Translations under genes and position numbers: made by a program | In this document: in pieces, positions 23,412-34,542 of the stretch | Position numbering within the stretch: the first letter of the stretch is position 1 | Layout of the letters: every line of letters starts with the position of its first letter | From: Tricharina praecox | Lineage: Eukaryota | DNA length: 64,000 nucleotides | Assembly (NCBI RefSeq): GCF_024521635.1 | Contig: NW_026250408.1 | Coordinates: 248,001 to 312,000 of the forward strand | Direction of reading: 5' to 3' | Notes under the pieces: model-generated | The model's database searches: none | Told to the model about the DNA's origin: nothing | The model's input: the letters and a program-made list of their open reading frames with translations, nothing else

Positions 23412-26400
23412 ATTGTGAGTTGTGAACCGTGCATTGCGCGAAAGGCAGAGGAGTTTCACGGGTTCAACCAAAGGTCTCCGGTCGGCTCCGGCAGTGCAAC
23501 AGGGCCCGGCCTAGCCAATCCAATCTTATTGGAACTCGACACGATTTCCGGCAACTCCGCCGGCAACTCTCTACACCATACCGCCACGACCAGCCCCACC
23601 ACCATGGCTGTTTCTAGCTTAACAGCCCCCGATAAACGGCTGTGCTTGACAGCTTACCTGAGTGTGGGCTTTCCCCATGCCTTTTATCACCTTTTATCAT
23701 TAGCGGCTTCCATATCGTCTCGGATGCGGTAGACACTTCATGCATACGCGCGGAATGTGTCGCTGTAGCTAGACGATATGTACCCGTGGGTTCGTGTGCG
23801 CATCTACTACAGCATCAGCGTATATGCCGCCCACCGCACCCAGCCTCATCGAGACACCCAAAGCCGTGCGTGAAACAGGAATCCTCTGCTTTCCTCTGCT
23901 TCTCCTCGGGGCTCTGCCGACGACCCGACCACGTCTGCCACGGCCCACAGTGCATCAATAACGACAACGACAACGAGGCAGATTCCGGCTCCCAATGCGC
24001 CCCACCACCAGCACCACCAGCACCAGCACCACCGCAAAAAGTCCGCAGTTGCCAGTGGCCACCTATGTCTCAAATGTCAAATTTTTATCCGCAAGGCAGA
24101 CTCCAATCTAATCTACACCTATTCGTTGTCCGTACATAGAAACGCCGTGATGGATCATGGGGGAAGAAAAAAAAGGACAAGTTACGCTTAATATACACAG
24201 CCTTGTGGGTATGCATAGAGTGGGTAGGTAGGTAGGTAGGTGATAGCTCGGTGACCGGGGAACCAGCACCAGCACCAGCGAGAGGGAGGGAGGGAGAACC
24301 TCGGGGTACTTATTATGTAGAGTAAGTAGAGTAGATACGGTACTTGGTCAAGTAGGCGCATGCGAGAAGTAAAAGCAAAACTGAAAAAAAGAAAAGAAAG
24401 AAAAGCGAAAAAGGCAATGCTGATCGGGATGATATCTACTCGGATGGGTGGCAGATTTGTACCTGGACGCATCCATGATCCTACATGGGCCACATCTGCG
24501 AGGAAACAATCAATACCGGATGTACCGCCCCCCGCCGTTTCCCCCACATGCGCCGCATAGCATAACCCAAGTAACTACATAGCCGAATTTTTGGTGAAGA
24601 GTGTCGAAGGAGAAACACCCTAATCTTGAGTCAGAGAGTATACGCAGCAGCAGCGGCGATGCGTCCACCTTCCCAAGCCGAGCGACTGGTACATAACCCC
24701 TCATTTGTGATATGTACCACCTATACCTACGTGGATCCAAGTCGATGTGATGTGATACCGCGTCCGGATACCTCCAGGTTGTACTCTCACCAAACGAGCG
24801 ATTGGAAAAAGTACGGTACGGTACGCTACGGTACGGTACGGTACGGTACCGTGGCCCATGGATGGGAAACCTAATTCCAACTCTGCAGTTGCATAGCCTG
24901 ACGAGCAACCCATCGTAGCTTCGACATGGTAGATACCATTCAACCTTCCGAGGCCTTTCGGTGACGTCGATCAAGGGCCTTGCAAGTAATGTGAGGTAGT
25001 AGGTGAACGCGCAACGGACCCGTTTAACGGATGCCGATGCGATGGTCTTCGGCGGGCGGAGCCGCTACCGGGTCGCATTGACACAGTACTAGGTAGAGTA
25101 TGTTGTACTCTACTCGGCGAGAACAGCCAGCGGCTATGTTTTAGCCAACCGTTTCTACGGTTGAGCTCAAGTCACAAAGAATTCAAGAATTTGGATAATC
25201 GCGTGGAATCCCCCAACTCGGGACGCGCTCAAAAGTTCGTCCCGTTTCTCGATGATACGGAGACACTTTGCAGGCATCTTTCCTCCAAGAAACGCTGCGT
25301 GACACAACCAGGCGGCTCGCGGGCTTTCTGGTGGTAAAAAAAAGTCTTGACTCTCGAGTTGAAACCGGCCACGAAAATTTGCACACGTATCAATAAGAAA
25401 GAATGTATTTGCGGGTGGAATCGCAGCGACTCGTCTGTCCGTTCTTGACGAAGAGAGGGTGGGTGGTTCGCCCATCCGCAAGTCCATGACCCGTCACTGT
25501 TTATTGGATGGACCTCCAGGCAGCAGCTGTGCGGATCAGTGTTTTGCGCGCCATCGGGCCCGCGTTCATCCCCACGATCGAAGTGGGCGTGTCGAAACGG
25601 CTGCACCCCCCAACTTTCCCGGATGACCTAAAACTCTGTTCCCCATAGCCACCGATCGCACCGATACACAGCGTGCCGGCGTATGGTTAGTTGCGCTCTA
25701 TTCATAGGGTCAAGTGAAAGCAGCGCCCAGTCGGCTTGTGTGTAGGTGAATGCATTTAGAACTCAGTGCCCCCCACGTTGAGCCTACCGAGACAAGTTGG
25801 CGGAGTCGAGTCCAGTAATCCAGACCCGCAAAGGTCCCGCGACGAGTTCAATCATCCGATGTGACCATGAGTATTAGTGCGTTGGCAATGTGTCTATGGA
25901 GGTGTAGCTCGATTCGTTCGCGGAAGTACAACCTGATTGTGAGGAGGAGGCGGAACCGCAGCATGGGTGCCCTCGATACACTGGCTGGGCCCCTATAGTA
26001 ATTAGTTGAGTCCATCGTCAGTAGAAGCTGGATGGGACAGAATAATTTTTTAAATAGAGCCTACTTCTCCGCATCACCCTCCATCTCCTCGAACCCCACA
26101 ACAAGCAAGCTGGTCAAGTAAAGTCCAAGTCCAACCCCTCTTCGTTTGTTTTCCTCCTGCAATTCATTAGCTTTCGTCCTGCCCATCGCCAGGCGTGGTC
26201 TCATAGCCGTAAGATCCAACGGGGCGAGAAAAAAAAAGGAAGAGAGGCAATCGAGCACAATCCGCGAGATTCGTCGAATCCGAAACGCCGCAACACCGAA
26301 ACATCCATCCGCCATCCTGCCCTTCCCCCTTCCCGCAACAACACAAGCATTTCTTCGACTCCGAAACTCGCAGACTCGCCGTTATTGCTCGGATCCGAAT

Positions 26401-26449
26401 TCGCATCAATCCACACGCGCTTCCGTCTAGAATCCGAAAATCCGCGACA

Positions 26450-26692
26450 ATGCCGGCCCCGAATCCTCGCCACGGCAACACCGCCGCCGCCGCAGCAGCA
26501 AACTTCCACAACTCCAACCGCGATGCTCTTTCGACGTACGTGAAAACGGCGACGCAGGTGAACAAGAAAGAGTGCGTCTGCGATTTCCTCAACGACCCCG
26601 AGAGCTTCAATCTCAACGTTAGCCTTGCGCACGAACGGGAGGCTCGCATCGCACGAGAGATTGATGAGTTCGAGCGAAAGTTTAACCGGTAA
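26450..26692 (+). CDS. 80-aa orphan protein ending DFLNDPESFNLNVSLAHEREARIAREIDEFERKFNR
   Basis: ATG in ACAATG context, strong C/G-ending codon bias, amphipathic C-terminal helix, TAA at 26690-26692. Confidence 0.65.
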   Translation: MPAPNPRHGNTAAAAAANFHNSNRDALSTYVKTATQVNKKECVCDFLNDPESFNLNVSLAHEREARIAREIDEFERKFNR

Positions 26693-28729
26693 AAAATGAA
26701 GCAGGGATGAGGATGAGGATGAGGAGTAGGAGGAGCAGGAGCAGGAGAAGGAGGAGGAACAGACCCATGCGGCGACCCGGTTGGAATTCGCCTCCCTACC
26801 TACCTATGTCGTACTTCGCAGGATCGAGCCCTCCAACGCTAGATTCATCATATGTATGATCACCCTCCTGCCGAGCCGTTCCCGAGTTGTCGTCTAGCCA
26901 CGCCGCCGCACAAGGGTCCGAAGTGGGGATTTGGCAGTAACGGTGATGGGAAAGGAGGGCGGGAAAGCAGGTTATGGCGGAGAAATACTGGGGATATATG
27001 CAGCGTTCCCGGATTACCCCGTTCCGTGGTGGCGGGAGGGGTGGAGGGGTGAAGTGCATGAAAAGGAAAGAACAGGAGGGGAAATGCTAGTGGGGATATG
27101 GAGGTGCAGTGGGATACGAAGGTGTGGCAGGAGGTTTCATATATGCCGGCAACGGTCGTGGAGGGGGGCGCTGTCGTAGAGGAGGAGCGATGCTCGATCG
27201 AAAGAGAGATCGGTGATAACTGGTGATGGGAGGTGGCATCGGTCGGTATTGAACCACAAACAACAGCGATGCGATTCCGTTCTAATTTCCTGCGTTATAG
27301 ATTCAGTGTTTTTCTCTGTTGTTCTTCTTCTTCTTCTTCATTTCTCTTTGCGGTTCTATGATTTAACTCTCTTTATTGAGGTTTTGGCAAGAGGGGGTAA
27401 GGTGGGAGGAGGGGAAGGGGGGTGGGGGAAGTTATTCTAGTGGGGGTGGGGAAGTTACTTTGGTGGAGGAGCATGCACTCATCTGAATCAAACATTCACT
27501 GCAGTGTCTTTGTTTTAGATCAGGTACTGTCGTTAGAGGTCGAGCCGAAGTATATTGTTTGTAATAAATCGGGCCGCTTATCCATGGGCCGAAGAGGTCT
27601 AGAGTCGAAATTGAGGCCAAAACTGACGCGAACTCCACCCCGCCCACTCAGGTGTGCAAACGCGGCAGTTGCTCGGACGATCCTATTCGTTAGAAATATA
27701 AGTAATGTTCTTGGATGGTGTCCTACAAACTGGCCAGATAGCGAGTCCAAGAAGCAACTTGGGATGCACTTGGCAGTCATGTCTCGATCTCCACCACTCT
27801 CTTCTTTCATTCAAGATACCTTCACTCCTCAAACCCAATACACCACCCTCCCCCGATTATTTGAACGTTGGATTTCCCTTAGGTACGAAGTGCGCATGCT
27901 GATCGATCGATCCCGGGTTTGCTTGTTCTGGATTCCGTCCCCCTTCCCCCGCGAACTGGTACTGCGGCTGAGGTGTACACGTACAGTTGGAGCGTTGAGA
28001 GGCCGCCCCGAGAATGTTCTGCGGTGCAGTTCCTTCGAAGGCTGGCACGAGTCGCACGACTTCTCGTGTTGTCGAGCTGTCCCTATATATGCCCCAGGGG
28101 GTGGCGAATCGCGACCACCTACCTATCGACGTCAGCGGAACAACTCGCAACGCCCCTGGAGGAACAAGCAAGTGGCAAACAGAACAACAGAACAACAAAA
28201 GCAAAAGTTGCCAACAGACTTGAAACGAGCACGGCATCTGATACTCGAAACGAATCATATGGCGCGGCAACAACACGGGACAGGTATGGAACTTCGCTTC
28301 TCGACTTCCATGCTTCGGCTTATATTCACTCGTAAAGGGCTGATATATGCATAAAAGCTCGCGACGGATTCGTCTCTGCATCGGGCAACAGAACGCAGAA
28401 CGCACGGCCAGCTGGCTTTCGGATAGGTAGGGGGTGGTTATCCACGTCCGGTTGGAAAGCTAAGTGTGCAGCTGTTGGAAGTTGGCCGCCAAACCACAGG
28501 AAAAGGACGCCAGTGACGTCTTTGCTACAGCCCTCAGTCCGATACTAGGAGCCGCTGCAGACGAGAACCTTAAAAGGATCTCTGCAGATATACACTGAAG
28601 CGGAAGTCCGGTGGTGCCCCCGCTCCCACCCCCTGGTCGAAGCCGTGGCATTCGATGTCACGACCGAGTTGTCGTCCCGTCTGACGGCAGCGGCATTCTG
28701 TTCAGTCATTCTCCCTGATCTGAGCCGGG

Positions 28730-29880
28730 CTGGGGAACAGGCCGATATGTAGTTAAACCCCAGCCGGCTCGCGGCATCTTGGCAGGAACCTTGACGCCTC
28801 CGCCATTTGCGAAAGACAAATTTTAACTCCCGATTGGCCCCGGCCCCCCACTTGGTTGACGGGGGTCTTCCACCGCTGATGCTGCCCGAGCACACGAACG
28901 GATACCAATCAACCTGTCTCGATCAGCACGCCATCTCCGAGAGGCACTAGCTCGAAGCGCTGTACTCACACTTCTTGGGACGATCTTGAGCTTGGACATC
29001 CTGGTCCGATCCTCGGGCGGCCAGCAACTCGGACCGGCAGTGGGTCGCACTAGCACCGCTGCATCCAACATAGCGGTGTCGCCTGTTGGTAATGATGTGT
29101 TCGTCGTGGGCGACGGTCCCGGAACGCTCTCCCGGAACGCTCTCCCGGCGGTTGTAGTCATCGGCACGGTCTCGCGGTTTCATCGGAGAGGAGTGTCACT
29201 GCAAGGGATTTCTGGAGCGTCTTTGAAGTCCGAACGTCGGCCTATGTTCCGATGGTGTTTGTTAGCTCTTAGCATGAGGGCCGGCACACACGGAACCGAC
29301 AAAGATCTGCATACCCGAGACACACTGGACCAGGAAACAATGTTCCGACATCCACTTCCACTTCCACTTCCACTAGCACACGAACTAGCGAAGCCGGTTT
29401 CGGCGAAATATAGAGCCTGTCCTCTATTACGACCTCTCTTCCGGTTGCCGTTCCAGTCCTGGATATATCCCGAACCCTCAGGGCGGTGTGTTTTCAGCGG
29501 CTCGTGATGGGAAGCTGAACGGCTAGGTACCGACTGGGGGCGTCCACGTCCACCGAACGAGCTTAGCCTTTCGAAATCGAAATCATCGACGACCAACCGA
29601 TAACTAGCGAGTTAATTGCGCCAGGGTTCCGAAGGACCTGTCGGTCGGTTAGTCGGTGGAGCGGCGTGCCTTGCCATGGGGGGCGGGGGGCGGATTAATC
29701 GCGTTCCGTTCCTCGGGGGAGAGGGAGCGGGCCGCGTCGAGCGGCGAGACTGTTGCTGGAGGGTCAGAAGGGTCCGAACAGGAGGAAGATGAATGTTACA
29801 TACCCACATCCCATACAGGAAGAACCGACGCCTTGTACTCGTCCAGCGCAGCAGCAGCCCAGCACACCTTCCTCGCCCTA
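28730..29880 (-). pseudogene. Broken multi-exon gene of unidentified family
   Basis: Canonical introns at 29803-~29756 (GTATGT..CTGAC..CAG) and 29314-29242 (GTATGC..GCTAAC..TAG). Protein-like pieces occur in different frames (ARKVCWAAAALDEYKASVLPVWDV, VLRNPGAIN, YRLVVDDFDFERL, WMSEHCFLVQC, DAASRLGFNYISAC). All three frames hit stops after the second intron. Confidence 0.4.
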
Positions 29881-32574
29881 CCTATCAAAACTCCCGGCAA
29901 CCAACAACCGCCATTCGTCCTTTACCGTGTTGCCTAGGATTTTGCTTTTCTGCGGGCGGCTGGGTGTACATACGGTACTGCACATGGGGATCTACATCAT
30001 ACATATCATCGGACGAACGGTCAACTTTCAACAGGGAGCAGAGACGGAGGGGCGCCTGAGGCCTTCATGTGAACAGTGCACATCGCTTCGGCCGATACCA
30101 GTTGCCCTACACGCCATTCATACATAGGTCTTGACTTGCAAGCATGGCCTGTCCATAACTAACTAACTAGTTACCGTAGTCATGGCTACTAGTACAAGCA
30201 TGGCGTCCCAATTAACCGGTAAGCTTTGTTGGAGATGGAACTGGGTCGCCGATCAAGTATCATCTACATATGCGGCGTAAGTTTCATCCCCTAGGTACAG
30301 AGGGTTCGGTGGATGAAGGAATATCATCCAGCTCTGAGCGCTATGTACCTAAAGGGCGGTTACATGGCTGACTGAAGAGATCCAGAATGTAAATACCCTA
30401 GGTAACAACGTTGTCGGATGTATATGTCCGTCCCATCTCACCGTCGGCGTGTGTTGACATGATACCCTGCGTCAAGCAAAGGATCTCAACCTGGTGGGTT
30501 CCCTGACGATTGTTACACATTCTTTAGCTATCTTCAGCCACCTTACCACCTTACATTCTTCGGTACCTAGGTAGCGGGCTGTCTTGTGGCAGAACATACT
30601 AATATTTGGCCTAACTATAGTTAGTAGTAACGCATATGCCAATGCTATTTACATAGGACCATTGGTAGTAGGCAGCCGAGAAAGCGATGATTACATATTC
30701 GATTTCTACAAAACAGAATGGCAGTTACTTGTGACATGGAATACCGGTAGTAGCATCGACAAGGTCAAAATACGTGTTTTGATGTCTGATACGATCTTAA
30801 TAGAGTATCTGTGGGAGCGGGAAACGATGTTGTTTCGCCCTCCCCTGAACTATGCCGTAAAATGGTAGTGCCAACGTATTTTCAAAAACAATGGTAGTGA
30901 TTTCGTATCAGTACGGTCATAATACGTATTTTTCTGCCCGGATACGATATCAATATGCGTCCAGCGAGAAACATCGCATTTCTTACCCCTCCCCCTTGAC
31001 TATACAGTAGTTAAAACCATATCGGGACTCGGGAGGGCACTTGATCACCGGGCACCTACAACAGCCGTGATACTACGGGGCAAGGGATGGATTATGTAAA
31101 TATGTACTGATTGGCGGCTACTGATATGTATCATACATACGCTATATAGTATAACTGGACGTCTGCTTAAACGATATAAACAGTCACTTGGGCACATCAC
31201 CTCGGCCTTGATATATTGAACCTACGTCGTCGTCCCATTGTTGTTGCTTTTTTTTTTGCTTTTGTCTTTAATAGCTAGCTTCTGCGTCTAGTAGCCGAAT
31301 AAGTACACTGTCGTATAGTACGGTAGATATCGATAGCGGCCAGCGCATCACATCACCGCGATCGCCACATGCGTCAACTACTCTAGCCCTGCCAAACTTG
31401 GGTGTGCGGTGAAGAGGTGAACAACGGGGGTCTGGGATTTGCCAGATAATACTCTAGGTAGCGAGTGGCGTGCGCTGCGCACGTGAGCAGATGATCGCGC
31501 GGTGCTGGGTACCGGTACCAACTAGAGTAGGTATTGCCCGGCGGTGTATGTATTCACCTCTCGTCCCACAATCCACAGCCCGCTGCAGTGACCAGTAGTA
31601 CATATGCACCGAGCCATCGCCGGCATTCACAACTCAACCGCAGGTTTACGAACAGGCCTCGCCAACAGCCACCCGCAGAAAGCATCCAGCACGCACACGG
31701 GTCATCATACGATCTACTCTAGAGTACGCTCGATACTGTGCCCATGGTAATCAGCAAGCTCGAGCACCAGATCAGGTCTCAGATCAGCTTCTATCAGATC
31801 TTCCCACGAGCCATGGCGAGAATATCTGCTACATAGTGGTTGCTCCTAATAATATGTGTTCGATAGTTGATAAGAAAGGTACGTAAGGCGGCGTGTCGGC
31901 GAGAAGTGTAAATGCCAGCTTTCAGCACGTTCTTCAGAATTATATGACGGATGCGATAACTTTGAAGGATATAATAGGGAATGCACTCGCTGTACACTTT
32001 GTTATTGCCAGCAGGGTCGCTGGTCACTCTTATCTTATCAATTTCCGGCCCACTCTACCGTTCGGATCTCGACTACATGCAAATGAGTATCGGACGGGCA
32101 ATCTTGACGCCCCCGCTGGCAATCAATCGATCATACCGGGACTCCTTTACTCTACTCAAATACCACAAGAAATAAAAGTAAGAGATCGTGTACAGAGTCA
32201 GAATAGATGATTAAATACCCTCACACCCGAGTACAGGTGGCGGTGATCTTCCGCGTAAACAATTTAGTAAAAAAGGCTAATTCTGCTGTCCGTTTGTCTC
32301 ACTTCTCTTGCTCAGTCTCGACCAAATGGTTCGCACGTCATTTATCGGAGGTTAGGGTTGCTGGTGGCCAGAGGGGGGGGGGGGGGGGGGACAAGGTATC
32401 CGTTCGAGCTTGGCGTTTTACCACGATTTGCAACATTTTTCTCGCAGGGTCTGACTTCTGCCAAAGCTATCAAAGCTAGCGGCTCGGCAACGGTCATACT
32501 AGAGCCAGCTATCACCATCGCCAACCGCCGTCAGCAGCAGCTCCTGTCAAGTTTCAACGCTTCACTCACTCAGT

Positions 32575-34542
32575 ATGGATCGCCTCAAATCTATGTCGAA
32601 CGCCGTCAAGGAGCGGATACCAGGGCAAGAGCCGAAGTCGTCGTATGCGGGGTACGGCGACTCACGGAAATCGACTCCTCCCGGCCGCCTCCGCAGCTCC
32701 ACGTCCGAGGGAGGGTTGGGCGAGCGGTTTACGGGCTTGGTGAAGCGCGTTACGGGCAAAGATGAAGAGGAAGAACGAGTTGCGCGTCCAGTGGCCGCTC
32801 TGAAGGATCCAAATTCCTTCGCGCCTCCGCCGAAGCACCGTGCTGCCTACGGAGACGATGTGGCCTCCGCCTCGATCCGTATGGGCTCCCAGCCCCCGCC
32901 TGTGCCTACGAGAAGGGCTACGATTGAAGATGGTGCGAGACCCCCGCTACCGCCGCGTCTGCCGCCGAGAAGGTCGCCGGCTACGGATACTACTGCTGCG
33001 TTTCCCGAGGAAAGACAGGTTTCGGGAGAGGATTTGGCCCACAGAGGTGGATTGAGCTCCGGCTCCGTCGGTGCGCTTAGGCGGTTGGGGAATTCAGGGA
33101 TCACGATTCCCGGGTTCGAAACGACCAGCTCTACGAAGAACCAATCCTCCACGAAGACGTCCATACTGCCACCGCCACCACCATCACCTGGAAGTCGTCC
33201 TTCCATCAGCTCCTTAGGAGACCGCTTCTCAAAGTCCAATCCCGAGGCTCCAGCTACGGGTACCACCTTCAAAGAGAAGCAGGCAGCGATCAAAACGGCG
33301 AACTCATTCTACAAAGACCCCACGAAGGTTTCATTCACAGACATGAAAGCTGCAGCTGGTACCGCTAGGAACTTTCAGCAGCGTCATGGAGAGCAGGTCG
33401 CCGAGGGCGTAAGGGTCGGGAACAAGCTGGGACTGATCCCAGGCAATGCCGAGACACCACCAGAAGCCTCTCATCATGAACCCCCACCGACGCCAACGCG
33501 GGCACATATCGAACCCCCGCCGACGCCAACGCGGGCACATATGCAACCCCCACCTCTTCCCGCGAAGAAAAAGCCACCGCCACCCCCGCCGAAGAAGAAA
33601 CCGATATTAGCCACACCGAGCCCCCCACCTCCGCCGATCCCTGCAGCCTCCCGCCCGCATCAGTCATCATCTTTAGCAAAATGCTCCTCGTTGCCCAATT
33701 GCGGTCATCCAACCGACACCGTTTCGGAGCTCCCATGCGATTTAGATCTTTCCCTCGAGCAGGAATGGTTCACCACATCTTTGATGCGCTTCCCGCCGAG
33801 CATTCACAACAATCCGTACAAGGCGTATCGCACATCCAACTCCTGGACACGCTCAGCCGCTGGACGCGCCAAGCACACGCTGCTACTCTCACTCCTGTGG
33901 ACGCAAAACCTCTCCTATACGCTGATCAGACTAACCTGGGATGCATCTGCGCCGGCCGCCACCGTCAAAGCGGAGCAGCGTCACTTCCCGCCTCCGCCTC
34001 CTCTTTCCGCACAGGAGCTGCACACACAGGAAGGCCGGGGGCACGAAATCGTCGAGTGGTGCGAACAGAGAATAGGCACTCAGGTGGGCAATGGCGAGTG
34101 CTGGACTCTGGCGCACGACGCACTCGAAGCCACTGCGGGCCTCATGTCGAGCCAGCAAACAACGCACGGAGCCTGCATCTTCTCCCACTATCCCCCCTCA
34201 CCTCCACAAAAAACCGAGGGTGTCGACATCCGACGTGGCGATATCCTGCAGTTCCTGAGCGCAAAGTGGGTTTACCCTGACGGGGGATGGACTACGGCGG
34301 GTGCTCCCGACCACACGGCCGTCGTTACCGATGCCTGGAAGGAGGGAGAGACGTGGGTGTGTGAGGTGCTCGAGCAGAACGTCGGCGGGGTCAAGATTGT
34401 GCAGACTGGAAAGTATCGTCTGGGTTCAGGCAGCGGCATGTGTCAGGGGGGCGTCAGAGTTTTCCGTGCTGTCGAGGACGAGAGAGGCTGGCATAGGGGA
34501 TGCTCGGGTGGTTCCAGCGAACCTCTGGTCTGGGAGGAATAG
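32575..34542 (+). CDS. 655-aa proline-rich protein with C-terminal cysteine-proteinase (CHAP/papain-like) fold domain; Aim3/Bbc1-like family
   Basis: Single long ORF with ALKDPNSFAPPPKH, GTTFKEKQAAIKTANSFYKDP..NFQQRHGEQVAEG and polyproline/PxxP tracts. C-terminal IGTQVGNGECWTLA, RRGDILQF, GAPDHTAVV and EVLEQNVGG follow the Cys/His/Glu pattern of CHAP-like folds. Confidence 0.9.
   Translation: MDRLKSMSNAVKERIPGQEPKSSYAGYGDSRKSTPPGRLRSSTSEGGLGERFTGLVKRVTGKDEEEERVARPVAALKDPNSFAPPPKHRAAYGDDVASASIRMGSQPPPVPTRRATIEDGARPPLPPRLPPRRSPATDTTAAFPEERQVSGEDLAHRGGLSSGSVGALRRLGNSGITIPGFETTSSTKNQSSTKTSILPPPPPSPGSRPSISSLGDRFSKSNPEAPATGTTFKEKQAAIKTANSFYKDPTKVSFTDMKAAAGTARNFQQRHGEQVAEGVRVGNKLGLIPGNAETPPEASHHEPPPTPTRAHIEPPPTPTRAHMQPPPLPAKKKPPPPPPKKKPILATPSPPPPPIPAASRPHQSSSLAKCSSLPNCGHPTDTVSELPCDLDLSLEQEWFTTSLMRFPPSIHNNPYKAYRTSNSWTRSAAGRAKHTLLLSLLWTQNLSYTLIRLTWDASAPAATVKAEQRHFPPPPPLSAQELHTQEGRGHEIVEWCEQRIGTQVGNGECWTLAHDALEATAGLMSSQQTTHGACIFSHYPPSPPQKTEGVDIRRGDILQFLSAKWVYPDGGWTTAGAPDHTAVVTDAWKEGETWVCEVLEQNVGGVKIVQTGKYRLGSGSGMCQGGVRVFRAVEDERGWHRGCSGGSSEPLVWEE

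Noticed and set aside
27422..28354. 310-aa ORF
   Set aside because: Non-ATG start, no recognisable motif, and no evident codon bias or protein-like composition.
30584..30868. 94-aa ORF with an apparent signal peptide
   Set aside because: TTG start, and the hydrophobic start lies in intron-like sequence; at best a decayed exon that I cannot assign.
31975..32140. VIASRVAGHSYLINFRPTLPFGS resembling a signal peptide plus N-terminal His of an LPMO
   Set aside because: No suitable start codon, and no downstream Cys, second His or Tyr motifs; too little evidence.
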